Notes: generated by a model not told the origin, from the sequence alone. Shown: positions 11,252-20,750, counted from the first letter of the stretch. The stretch is 37,124 nt of DNA from Myxococcota bacterium (GCA_964202365.1 CAXNIN010000003.1:1-37124), one strand, 5' to 3'. Made by a program: numbers and translations.

Positions 11252-14200
11252 GCCGACCGGCGCCGCCGCGCGAGGGCGAGGGCCCCCGCCGCCGCCGCCA
11301 CGAGGACGCCGGTGCTCCCGGAGCCCGTGTCGCAGCCACAGTCGCCGCTGAGGACGACGGTGTCGTCGACGGGGGCGCCGTCGTACAGGCCGTCGCCGTT
11401 TTCGTCGACGGCCGCGCCGACGTCCGCGTTCGCGCCCTCGACGGCGCCCGTCATCCACCCGGCGTCGCCGCCCGCGAACACGGCATAGTAGCCGCCTGCG
11501 CCGGCGTCGGTGGCGGTGAGGATCTGGCCGGGCGTGGCCGCCCCGCTCCAGACAACGTCGCCGTCGTCCTTGGACTCGGGGAAGCGGTCCGCGCGGCGCA
11601 CCACGACGGCGTCGGTCGCCGTAGCGTCGTCCGGCTGCGTCCAGGAGACCTCGACGCGCTCGGAGAGGTCGTCCGTGGCGAGGAAGTCGTCGATGACGAG
11701 CGCCGCCGGCTCGGGCGAGTCCCCGATGCGGTACACGCACACGTCGTCCAGGTTCCACCCGCCGAACTCGAGGCCGTCATCGCTCTCGATCTCCCAGCCG
11801 AGCGTGATCGGGCTGCCGTCGGTATCGACGAGGAGAGTGTGGAGAATCCACTCGGTGTCTTCGGTGTGGGCGTCGCCCTCGCGGCTGTTCGTCTCGTAGT
11901 TCTCCCAGGCCACGTCGTCACCGACGTAGACGCGGGCGCGGTCGTAGACGCCGTCTTCGACGTTGAGCCAGCGCCGGTACTGCACGACGAGCTGCGACGC
12001 GCCCTCGACGTCGATCTCCGCGCTGGTGAGGCGGTTGACGATGCCGGGCTGGTAGTCGCCGTTGTACTGGCCGCCGCCGAGGTCGTTGCCCCACACGCTG
12101 CGCCCAGTGAACGCCTCGCTGGGGTCACTCGAGTAGCCGCCGGGCGCCCCGAAGGCCCAGTCGTCGGCGCCGCGCTGGTCCTCGCCGTCGAGGAGGTCGT
12201 GCGTGTAGTCGCCGTCGTCGTCGAACGGCTCGCAGTAAATCTCTTCGAGCTCACCGACGAAGAAGGTGTAGGGCGCGATCTCGCCGCCGCTGGGCTGCAT
12301 GACCTCGCTGCCGTCATCGGCCGTGATGCGCAGGTAGTACTCCACCACCGTGCCCGCCGCGATCCCGGGAAGATCGCCGTCGAAGGCATCTCCGGCGACA
12401 CCGAGGGGCGCGTCGTCCCACGTGGCGCCGCGGTCCGTCGAGTAGACGACGTCGACGCTGTCGATCGTGAAGTCGACGCACGTGGGGGAGGTGTTGACGA
12501 TCTCGCCGGCCACCGGAATGGCCACGTTCGCCGGCTGGTTCACCAGCGCGTCGTGCTCCACGCTCAGCAGCGAGCCCACGCCGCCGCCCGGCCCGAGGCC
12601 GTGCTTGCCGAACGCGTCGATGATCTCGCACTGGTGCGGGGTGCCGTCGGAGAGATCGCCGTTGTCGTCGTCCGCGACGATCACCTCGTCGTAACTCTCG
12701 GGGATGGTCGGGCCGCCCTTGATGCCGTCGGCGAAGAGGCGCGAGGTGACACGCCACGCCTCGCCCTTCACGCCTACGGCTTCGCCGTAGCTGTCGGAGA
12801 GCGCGAGGTAGAGGTCCCAGATGGCGCCGGCGTAGATCAGGCCGTCCTGGTGGACCGCGCCCGTGACGTCGTCCGGGTAGACGTAGTCGGTCTCGATCTC
12901 GCGGATGTAGGAGCCGCTGGTGCCGAAGTAGGGCGCGACCTCGGGGTCGAGCGTCTGGAGCGCGGAGGTGACGTCGCCGATGCCCTCAGAGATCGGGCCG
13001 TCGAACTCCCCGGCTTCCAGGCTGTAGTAGTGAAAGCCGTGGCCCCACTCGTGGTAGTTCACGTCGGCGATGCGGGCCGTGTTGTTGCAGCCGCCGCCCG
13101 CCTGGTAGAAGTTGACGTCGCCGTCCCAGTAGGCGTTGCAGTTGCTGTCGAGGTTGACGTTCGACCGGAGGGGGTCCGTCACCTGGGGCACCTCGGGCGC
13201 GAACTGGAGACCCCACTCGCGGACGTGGTGGAGGAAGATGTAGGTGTCGATCTCGGCCTGATCGGCGTCGGACGTGGTCCACGTGGGCGAGGCGCCGGTG
13301 AAGCTGAGGCTCGCCTCGGCGCCGGCGTCGTTCCGCACGGTGACGTACGAGCCGCGGAGCTGCGTGGTCCAGCTCTCGGAGGGGTCGATCGTGAAGGCGC
13401 CGGCGGTGTCGGTGGTGACCGTGCTGCCGGACGAGGCGCCCGTGAGGTACGCGAGCGGCGCGGGCGACGTGCTGTAGGAGCCGTTCACCGTGCGGGTGTC
13501 GTGCGTGGCGTAGAGGGTGCCGTCGAGGAACCGGACCTCGTTGTAGACGTTCACGAGCTCGCCCGTGCGGGCGTCGACGTGGCTGACCCACCGGCCCGGG
13601 GGCGACGCCGTGCGCGAGCGAACCTCCCAGGTGAGGCGATAACGAAGCGCGCCGTCGACCTCTTCGGGGAGCACGACGAGCTTCGCGGACTCGTCGGTGT
13701 GCGGGGCGAGGGCGGCGGGGCCATCGAGCGCCGCGATGCGAATGGCGTCGGTCGCGCCGAGCGTGGCCGGCTCGACCCCGTTGAGGCCGGGGTGCGTCTC
13801 GACGCCGAGGAGCACGAGCTTCCCGAACTTGATGCGGGCGGTGACCCCACCGCGCCAGATGGGCGCGCCGCCGACCAGACGGTCGAAGTCGACGTACCAG
13901 GTGTTCGTGCGCGGGACGTAGTTCGCGGACTTCAGCCGGAGCTGATCGAGCTCGACGCCCACGATGTCCGGGTTGTTGGCGAAGAACGACCGGAGAGCGC
14001 CCTCGACATCCTTCGAGGAGGCGAGCGCGCCGAGGTCGATGCCCGGGCCCCACGCGCGGAACGCCGTGCCTGTCCGCTCGTCGAACCGAGCCTGCCAGCC
14101 GTACCCGTCGCCGTCGGTGAACGCGCGCCACGCGGCCTGCTCACGGAGCCGAGCCTGCCGCGGCCCGTGCACGTGCATCAGACGCGACGGTTCGATGCCG

Positions 14201-14271
14201 ATCCACACGTCGTTGGTGGGCGCGAACGCGAAGGAAGCCGGAGTGAGCAGTCCAAGGAGTCCAAGAAGCAC
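11248..14271 (-). CDS. Secreted M4/M36 (thermolysin/fungalysin-like) zinc metallopeptidase with propeptide, accessory beta-domains and MYXO-CTERM-type anchor
   Basis: FTP/PepSY-like propeptide (LTWEV...WVSHVDARTGELV), CNAYWDG, HEWGH (13039-13053), EGIGD third ligand and VHQDG. The C-terminal GDCGC is followed by a hydrophobic segment and RRRR. GGAGGG RBS before GTG 14271. Confidence 0.85.
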   Translation of the reverse strand: MLLGLLGLLTPASFAFAPTNDVWIGIEPSRLMHVHGPRQARLREQAAWRAFTDGDGYGWQARFDERTGTAFRAWGPGIDLGALASSKDVEGALRSFFANNPDIVGVELDQLRLKSANYVPRTNTWYVDFDRLVGGAPIWRGGVTARIKFGKLVLLGVETHPGLNGVEPATLGATDAIRIAALDGPAALAPHTDESAKLVVLPEEVDGALRYRLTWEVRSRTASPPGRWVSHVDARTGELVNVYNEVRFLDGTLYATHDTRTVNGSYSTSPAPLAYLTGASSGSTVTTDTAGAFTIDPSESWTTQLRGSYVTVRNDAGAEASLSFTGASPTWTTSDADQAEIDTYIFLHHVREWGLQFAPEVPQVTDPLRSNVNLDSNCNAYWDGDVNFYQAGGGCNNTARIADVNYHEWGHGFHYYSLEAGEFDGPISEGIGDVTSALQTLDPEVAPYFGTSGSYIREIETDYVYPDDVTGAVHQDGLIYAGAIWDLYLALSDSYGEAVGVKGEAWRVTSRLFADGIKGGPTIPESYDEVIVADDDNGDLSDGTPHQCEIIDAFGKHGLGPGGGVGSLLSVEHDALVNQPANVAIPVAGEIVNTSPTCVDFTIDSVDVVYSTDRGATWDDAPLGVAGDAFDGDLPGIAAGTVVEYYLRITADDGSEVMQPSGGEIAPYTFFVGELEEIYCEPFDDDGDYTHDLLDGEDQRGADDWAFGAPGGYSSDPSEAFTGRSVWGNDLGGGQYNGDYQPGIVNRLTSAEIDVEGASQLVVQYRRWLNVEDGVYDRARVYVGDDVAWENYETNSREGDAHTEDTEWILHTLLVDTDGSPITLGWEIESDDGLEFGGWNLDDVCVYRIGDSPEPAALVIDDFLATDDLSERVEVSWTQPDDATATDAVVVRRADRFPESKDDGDVVWSGAATPGQILTATDAGAGGYYAVFAGGDAGWMTGAVEGANADVGAAVDENGDGLYDGAPVDDTVVLSGDCGCDTGSGSTGVLVAAAAGALALARRRRSA

Positions 14272-14347
14272 GATTCCCTCCACCAGCGACGTAGGATGGC
14301 CGCAGTATCATCCACCCGCTGGGGCCCCATTGCCTGTCCACCAAGCC

Positions 14348-15874
14348 TTGACACGCCTGCTTCGCGCGGCTGTGCTCCCGGTCACACTCGGCGCGTGTAG
14401 CGGCGAGGTCCCCCCGCCTGAGCTGCCGCCGCTCCCCCAAAAACTCGCGCCTGCGGGCTTCGGACCATCGGGACCGGTTGCACCGCTCCGAGAGGCGATC
14501 CTGGCCTTTACCGCCGAGGTACGCGGGGAGATCGAGCCCTGCGGCTGCCCCACCGTGCCCTACGGCGGTTTCGTTCGGCGCGAGGCGCTGCTCGGCCGCC
14601 TGCGCGCCGAGGGCCTCCCCGTGTTCGTGATCGACGCCGGCGAGATGCTCGTTCGTGGCCAGGTCGCCGCGGACCCCGGCGACCGTCCCGAGCGCGCCCG
14701 GGCTGTGCTCGACCTCGCCGCGCGCACGGGGCTCGACGCGTGGGCGCCCGGTCCGGTCGATCTGCTCGCCGGGGGGCTGCGGACCCTCTCGGGCACGAAC
14801 GCGCTCGCCGCCACGTGGCGCGACGCGACGGGCGAGGCCCCCTTCCCCGCCGCCACCGTGATCGAGCGCGACGGATTCCGCCTCGGCGTGGTGGGCCTCA
14901 ACGCATCGGCGTCGGGGCTCACCCACGCCGACCCCGTGGAGGCCGCGCGGGCGGCGATCGCGGGCGGCGGCGAGGCCGACACCTGGGTGGCGCTCTCGAA
15001 CCTCGCGGACGCCGACGCGCTCCGCGTGGCGGAGAGCGTGCCCGGGCTCGGCGCCGTCCTCTCCACCCGCGGCAGCGCGTTCGACGCGCCGCGAACCACG
15101 CGCGGCGCGCCGATTATCGAGACGCCCGATCGCGGCCGCTACGTCACCGTGATCCGCCTCGCGCTCGCCTCGGACGGCGCCGCCTGGAAGCCGGTCACCG
15201 GCGCCCCCTACGAGGACCTCGCACGCGAGCGCGAGCGCGTCGTGCGCCTCGAGAAGGCCGCGGCGATCGACGCGGCCGAGGCGCGCCTGCCCGGCCTGCG
15301 CACACAGCTCGCGACCGTCGCGTCTGGGCACGACCTCGCGCTCGTCGAGGAGCGCCCGCTCGGGAGCGATCTCGACGCGCCGAGCCCGCTGGACGCCCGC
15401 ATCGAGAGCTTCAAGGCCCGGGCCACCGAGGGGGCCGCCGCGCGCGTCTCCCGCGCGCCGCCGGTGGCCGGGTACGCGAGCGGCGCCGCCTGCACCGGCT
15501 GCCACGACCACAGCGAGCGGTTCGCGGCGTGGACCCTCGACCCGCACGCGCGCGCCTACGAGGCCCTCGTGCCCCGCGGGGAGGCGCTCAACGTGGAGTG
15601 CATCGCCTGCCACTCGACCGGCTGGGGCGAGCCCGGCGGCAACGCCACGCTCACCCCCGTCGCGATGCGCACCTGGAAGGCTGTCCAGTGCGAGGCGTGC
15701 CACGGCCCGCTCGCGGGGCACCCGCACGGGGCCGACGTGACCCCCGCGCCGGTCACCGAGGCCACGTGCGTGCGGTGCCACGACGCCGCGAACAGCCCAC
15801 AGTTCGACTTCGCCAGCTACGTGCGGCGTATCAGCTGCGCGAGCGTGTCCCGGCAGCAGGCCGAGGCGCGCTGA
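14348..15874 (+). CDS. Lipoprotein: UshA/5'-nucleotidase-like N-domain fused to a tetraheme c-type cytochrome (c554-like)
   Basis: Lipobox LGAC; GEIEPCGC...GGFVRR, VIDAGE; heme motifs CTGCH, CIACH, CEACH and CVRCH. The start (TTG 14348 or 14330) is inferred, and the ORF-track 5' extension overlaps the peptidase. Confidence 0.8.
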   Translation: MTRLLRAAVLPVTLGACSGEVPPPELPPLPQKLAPAGFGPSGPVAPLREAILAFTAEVRGEIEPCGCPTVPYGGFVRREALLGRLRAEGLPVFVIDAGEMLVRGQVAADPGDRPERARAVLDLAARTGLDAWAPGPVDLLAGGLRTLSGTNALAATWRDATGEAPFPAATVIERDGFRLGVVGLNASASGLTHADPVEAARAAIAGGGEADTWVALSNLADADALRVAESVPGLGAVLSTRGSAFDAPRTTRGAPIIETPDRGRYVTVIRLALASDGAAWKPVTGAPYEDLARERERVVRLEKAAAIDAAEARLPGLRTQLATVASGHDLALVEERPLGSDLDAPSPLDARIESFKARATEGAAARVSRAPPVAGYASGAACTGCHDHSERFAAWTLDPHARAYEALVPRGEALNVECIACHSTGWGEPGGNATLTPVAMRTWKAVQCEACHGPLAGHPHGADVTPAPVTEATCVRCHDAANSPQFDFASYVRRISCASVSRQQAEAR

Positions 15875-15907
15875 AGGGGCGGCACGAAGCGCCGGGCGCG
15901 AGGGCCC

Positions 15908-17914
15908 CTACCAGGTGGCGAGGAACCGATCGACTTCTTCGCGTTCGAGCAGCCCCATCGACAGATCGAGGCAGTCCGCGCAGACGTCGATGCCGGCGTG
16001 GCGGTACACGCCGCGCGACTCGAAGTGCGTGCGCCCACACAGGAAGCAGGCGGCGGCGTCCGGCGCGGCGAGCCCGCGACGGTTCCGCACGATCTCCCCG
16101 GTGCAAAGGTCGCAGATGACCGCCCGCGTGCCCGCCATGAGGTGCGTACACTCCTGCCCGGTGCGGCCGCACGACGAGCAGTGCACGTCGCGATCGCCGC
16201 CGACGGGCTTGGGCTCGGTGCGCTGGTTGGGCGGCGTGACGTGCGCGAGGAGGCGCTCGACGGTGGGGCCGGCGCCGCGCTCCTGGGCGCGCCGAACGAG
16301 GGCGCGGGAGGCGTCGCCGTCGCCGCACATCACCTGGCCCGCGAGCACGGCTACCTGGAGCTCGGCGTCCGCGGTGGCGCCCCAACTGCCGAGGAGCTGA
16401 CGGGCGGAGCGGCTGCGGCGCGCGGCGATGGCCAGCAGGAGCAGCGCCTGATAGGCGCGGGCCAGCTCGCGTTCGGATTCGACATTGCGACGGTGCGCGA
16501 CGAGATCTGACGCTCCACCGCGGCGATCCACGGCGGCGCGGGTGATGTCTTCCATCGTGACGTTGAGGCCGGCGGTGAGCGCGGGCTCGGGGAGCACGGT
16601 GGCGGCTGCGAGGGCGCTGCGGGCGAGCCCTACGCCGTAGGAGCGGCCGGGCTCGCGGAGGCGCGCGCCCACCTCGTCGGCGACGGCGCTCTGCGTGAGC
16701 GCGCACGCGGCTTCCCAAAGGGTGAAGCGGAGACCCTCGTCGTCGGTGAGATCGATGCAGCCGAGCACGACGGAGACGGACGACGGGCCGATGGCGCGAA
16801 GCTCGTCGAGCAGGACGAAGATACGACGGCGCGTCAACGAACGGGGGGCGCCGTCGCCGCCGACCACGGGAAGCCGGTCGTAGCCGCCGACCTCGGCGGT
16901 GAGCGCCTTCTGGAGCCACGCGGTGTCGCCGGAGCGGCGGCGCGTGCGGGCGAGCTCCACGTAGCTGGCGAGATCCTCCGGGTGATCCTCGAGGGTCTCC
17001 TTGAAGACCCGGAGCGCCTCCGCGGTCTGCCCTTCTTCGAGCAGCGTGCACCCGAGCGCGTGGCGCGCCGCGAGGTGGTCGGGCGAGAGAAGCAGGGCCT
17101 TGTTGCAGAATTCCCGGGCGCGGCCGAGCTCGCCGAGCTGGAGGTAGGCCATGCCCATCTGCGCGAGGGCGTTGGCGTCGTCCCCGTGCGACTCGAGGTA
17201 GTGGCGGTAGTGCTGGATGGCGTTCTTGTACTTGCCGAGGGCGAACGCCACTTGTCCCAGATGCTTGCGCGCCACGGCGGAGAACTTGGGGTTCTCCCGG
17301 AGGCGCACGAACAACTTCTCGGCCTCCGCGAACCGGCCGGTCTGCAGGCAGGACAGCCCGAGGTCGCGCATCAGCGGCGCGAGCAGGTCGGGGCTGGGAT
17401 CGAGCTTCAACGCCAGGACGAGGTGGTACTGGCTGCGCTCGACGAGGCGCTGGCCGCCGATCTGCCGCGCCCGCTCGGCGAGCGTCCGCCCGAGCAGGAG
17501 GTGCGCTTCCCAGGCGTTGGGCGCGCCGCGACACGCGGTTTCGAGGTGGCGAATCGCGAGGTGGCGATCTCCGAGACCCCGGTACATCGCGCCGAGGGCG
17601 AGGTGGAGATCGGAGCGCTCGGCGTCGAGGCGAACCCCCTCGTCGAGGTAGCGCTGCGCGGCCTCCGGGCGGTCCATCCCGACGAGCGCGGCGCCGGCGA
17701 GGACCATCGCCTCGACCGAGGCGGGATCGTCCTGGAGGGCTTTGCGGGCGTGCTGCAGGGCGAGCGCGCACTGGCTCTCGCCGCCCCCGTGGTAGAGCCC
17801 GCGCGAAAGGCAGGTTCGCGCGAGCTCGAGGCGCGCCTGGACGTCCTCGGGGTGCTCGGCGAGGCGGGCTTCGAGGCGACCGGCGGACCAGTCGAGTTTC
17901 TGATGGGGGTACAT
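15908..17914 (-). CDS. TPR-repeat protein with two C-terminal ClpX-type C4 zinc fingers
   Basis: Many TPR helices in the N-terminal half. C-terminal CSSCGR...LMAG.RAVICDLC and CFLCGR...IDVCADC. ATG 17914 chosen as start; GTG 17968 is possible. Confidence 0.85.
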   Translation of the reverse strand: MYPHQKLDWSAGRLEARLAEHPEDVQARLELARTCLSRGLYHGGGESQCALALQHARKALQDDPASVEAMVLAGAALVGMDRPEAAQRYLDEGVRLDAERSDLHLALGAMYRGLGDRHLAIRHLETACRGAPNAWEAHLLLGRTLAERARQIGGQRLVERSQYHLVLALKLDPSPDLLAPLMRDLGLSCLQTGRFAEAEKLFVRLRENPKFSAVARKHLGQVAFALGKYKNAIQHYRHYLESHGDDANALAQMGMAYLQLGELGRAREFCNKALLLSPDHLAARHALGCTLLEEGQTAEALRVFKETLEDHPEDLASYVELARTRRRSGDTAWLQKALTAEVGGYDRLPVVGGDGAPRSLTRRRIFVLLDELRAIGPSSVSVVLGCIDLTDDEGLRFTLWEAACALTQSAVADEVGARLREPGRSYGVGLARSALAAATVLPEPALTAGLNVTMEDITRAAVDRRGGASDLVAHRRNVESERELARAYQALLLLAIAARRSRSARQLLGSWGATADAELQVAVLAGQVMCGDGDASRALVRRAQERGAGPTVERLLAHVTPPNQRTEPKPVGGDRDVHCSSCGRTGQECTHLMAGTRAVICDLCTGEIVRNRRGLAAPDAAACFLCGRTHFESRGVYRHAGIDVCADCLDLSMGLLEREEVDRFLATW

Positions 17915-17979
17915 GGGTATAGGCTTTGGGCGATCTGGGGCGTATGCTATCGCGACCCGCGTAGCCACGGCGAGGTCAC

Positions 17980-18174
17980 GTGTCCCGAGTTTCCTACCCC
18001 GCTCCGCGCGCCCGCCGCGGCCAGGCCACCACGGAGTGGATGTTGCTACTCTCCGTTGTCGTGATCGGCCTCGTGGCGGCCGGGTATGGCCTCACGAAGA
18101 CCTTCGGCGACGGCATGGGCGGCCTCGGCGGCCGGGCGAGCGCGGTCTACACCTCCGGGGACCTCGGCAGGTAG
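17980..18174 (+). CDS. Flp/Fap-like type IV pilin
   Basis: RRG|QATTEW is a class III signal (Glu at +5), followed by the hydrophobic helix MLLLSVVVIGLVAAG. 64 aa, GAGG RBS. Confidence 0.7.
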   Translation: MSRVSYPAPRARRGQATTEWMLLLSVVVIGLVAAGYGLTKTFGDGMGGLGGRASAVYTSGDLGR

Positions 18175-18212
18175 CCCTCGTCGCGCCGGCGAGCGCGCAT
18201 TAGGCGCGGCCG

Positions 18213-20750
18213 ATGTCGCTCCTGCCGATCGTGTTCTTCCTCTCCGGGGCGACGAGCCTCGTGTACCAGTCGGTCTGGGGACGCGAGCTCCACCTCGTGT
18301 TCGGCACGAGCCAATTTGCCATCGCGACGGTGCTCGCGGCGTTCATGACCGGGCTCGCGGCGGGGGGCTGGATCGGCGGGCGCCTCGCGGACCGCGTTCA
18401 ACGCCCGCTCCTCGTGTACGGCGTGCTCGAGGCGGTGATCGGGCTCTACGCCCTCGCCTTCCCGACGATCGTGCGGATGCTCGAGCCTCTGTACCTAAGC
18501 TTCTGGCACGCCACCTCGCCCGGACCGATCGCGTTCGGCGTCTTCCAGTTCGTGCTCCTCGGCATCGCGCTGCTCATCCCGACCGGGTGCATGGGGGCCA
18601 CGCTGCCCCTGCTCGTGCGCCACGTCTCGCCGAAGCCCGGCGAGGCCGGCAAGGCAATCGGCTTCTTGTACGGGGTGAACACCGCCGGCGCGGTCGTCGG
18701 CGTCGCCATCGCCGGCTTCTGGCTCCTCCCCGCGCTCGGCGTCCACACGACCACGCTGCTGGTCGCCTCCGGAAACGGCCTGCTCTTCGTGATCGCCGCC
18801 GCGATGGACCGCCGCACGGCACCGCTCGCGCCGATCCCGCCCACCGCCGCGCCGCCCCTCCCCCGCGCGGTCCTCGCCGTCGCCGCCCTCGCCGGCGCGT
18901 CGTCGCTCGCGATGGAAGTGGCGTGGTTCCGCCTCCTCACGCTCGTCCTCGGCGCGTCCACCTACGCCTTCTCGGTGATGCTCCTCGCCTTTCTCGCGGG
19001 CATCGCGTTGGGCGGCCGCGTCGGCGGGCCCTACGCCGATCGCGCGAGGGACCCCCGCGCCGCGTTCCTCGCGCTCGCGGCGCTCCAGGCGGGCGTGTCG
19101 CTCCTGTCTTACGGCGCGATGTACCTCTACGGCCTGCTCCCCGTCGCGTTCGTGAAGATGTTCTTCGTCATCGAGGGCGTGGACGGCCTGCTCTGGCCGA
19201 TGAAGTGCTTCCTCGCCTTTCTCGTGATGGCGCCGCCCGCGGTGCTCATGGGCGCCACCTTCCCGTTCCTCGTGCGCGCCGTCCTCGCCTCTCGGGAGTC
19301 GGACGCCGCGCGCCCGGTGGGCGGGGTGTACGCCGCGAACACCGTGGGCGCGATCTTCGGAAGCTTCGGGGCGGGCTTCATTTTCCTCCCCGGCCTCCAG
19401 GTCACCGGGACCGTGCTGCTGTGCTGCACCATCAACCTCGTGGGCGCCGCCATCGCCGTGGCCGCTTCCGGCGAACGGAAGCGCCTCGTGCCCGGCGGGA
19501 TCGTGGCCGCCGCGTTCGTCGTCGCCGCGTGGCTCTTCCCGCCGCCGTGGAACCCGATGCTCATGACGTCGGGCGTGTACAAGTACGTCGACAACCTCGA
19601 CGAGCCGACGATGGCGGAGATCCAGAAGCGGATGATCTCCCGCTACGAGCTCCTCTACTACAAGGAAGGGCTCTCGACCGTCATCACGGTCGCGAAGAAC
19701 ACGAAGACCGGCAACGTGTGGCTCGCCAACAACGGCAAGATCGACGCGAGCACGACAACCGACATGCCCACTCAGGTGCTCTGCGCGCACACCGCTTTCC
19801 TCTTCACGGGGAAGGAGGCGAGGAACGCCGGCCTCATCGGGCTGGCGAGCGGCATCACGCTCGGCGCCATCACGCTCCACGACGAGCTCGAGAACATCGA
19901 CGTCATCGAGCTCGAGCCCAACATGCCCACGGCCACCCGCTTCTTCGACGCCTGGAACCACGGCGCGCTCGACGACCCGCGGGTGAACGTGCTCGGGAAC
20001 GACGGCCGCAACCAGCTCCTCCTCACGCCCCCCGGCACCTACGACGTCATCGTCGCCGAGCCCTCGAACCCATGGCTCACCGGCGTCTCGAACCTCTTCA
20101 CGCGCGAGTTCTTCGAGATGGGCCGCTCCCGCCTCAAGAGGGGCGGAATCTGGAGCCAATGGGTGCAGATGTACGGGATGGACGAGCGGGATCTCCAGTC
20201 CATCCTCCGCACGTTCGGCACGGTCTTCCCGCACGTCCTCGTGTTCTCCACCATCCAGGACGCCGACCTCGTGCTCATCGGGAGCGACGAGCCGCTCGCC
20301 TTCAACCTCGATGCCGCCCGCGCGCTCGTCGGCAAGAACCCCAAGGTGACCGCCGAGCTCCAGTCCGTCGGCGTCGAGGACGGCTACGACCTGCTCTCGC
20401 ACTTCCTCGCCGACCGCGACGTGGTCTTGTGGCGTACGACCGGCATTCCGCTCAACACGGACGACAACCTCCTCGTCGAGTACTCGGCCCCGCACAACCT
20501 CCACCGCGAAACGTCCACCGACAACTTCCACATGCTCCAGCGCTGGATCGCGACGCCCGCCCGCGGCCTCGCCCGGGGGCTGCCGACCGTGGAGGACATG
20601 CAGGAGCTCGCGCTCGCCTACACGGACCGCGAGGACCTCGTGCGCGCGATGATCGCGCTCGGGGAAGCCGACAGACGCGCGCCAGGGCGCGCCGACACCG
20701 CCACGCTCATCGACGACGTGCGCAAACGCTGGAACGACCAGGAGCGGTAG
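18213..20750 (+). CDS. Fused multi-TM (MFS-like) / spermidine-synthase-like SAM-dependent transferase
   Basis: Two repeated TM modules (FFLSGATSLVYQSVW; LYGVNTAGAV; VYAANTVGAIFG). SAM fold LIGLASGIT, VIELEP, NDGRN and YDVIVAEPSNPW...NLFTREFF. Confidence 0.88.
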   Translation: MSLLPIVFFLSGATSLVYQSVWGRELHLVFGTSQFAIATVLAAFMTGLAAGGWIGGRLADRVQRPLLVYGVLEAVIGLYALAFPTIVRMLEPLYLSFWHATSPGPIAFGVFQFVLLGIALLIPTGCMGATLPLLVRHVSPKPGEAGKAIGFLYGVNTAGAVVGVAIAGFWLLPALGVHTTTLLVASGNGLLFVIAAAMDRRTAPLAPIPPTAAPPLPRAVLAVAALAGASSLAMEVAWFRLLTLVLGASTYAFSVMLLAFLAGIALGGRVGGPYADRARDPRAAFLALAALQAGVSLLSYGAMYLYGLLPVAFVKMFFVIEGVDGLLWPMKCFLAFLVMAPPAVLMGATFPFLVRAVLASRESDAARPVGGVYAANTVGAIFGSFGAGFIFLPGLQVTGTVLLCCTINLVGAAIAVAASGERKRLVPGGIVAAAFVVAAWLFPPPWNPMLMTSGVYKYVDNLDEPTMAEIQKRMISRYELLYYKEGLSTVITVAKNTKTGNVWLANNGKIDASTTTDMPTQVLCAHTAFLFTGKEARNAGLIGLASGITLGAITLHDELENIDVIELEPNMPTATRFFDAWNHGALDDPRVNVLGNDGRNQLLLTPPGTYDVIVAEPSNPWLTGVSNLFTREFFEMGRSRLKRGGIWSQWVQMYGMDERDLQSILRTFGTVFPHVLVFSTIQDADLVLIGSDEPLAFNLDAARALVGKNPKVTAELQSVGVEDGYDLLSHFLADRDVVLWRTTGIPLNTDDNLLVEYSAPHNLHRETSTDNFHMLQRWIATPARGLARGLPTVEDMQELALAYTDREDLVRAMIALGEADRRAPGRADTATLIDDVRKRWNDQER

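Noticed and set aside
13964-14347. 5' extension of the cytochrome ORF, and similar extensions of the ECF, khpA, truD, pssA, TPR, beta-barrel and 30205 lipoprotein ORFs
   Set aside because: The extensions overlap neighbouring real genes. Internal starts with RBSs, signal peptides or stop/start overlaps fit better.
14540-14548. Selenocysteine recoding in the UshA-like protein
   Set aside because: Both codons are TGC (Cys) and there is no in-frame TGA.
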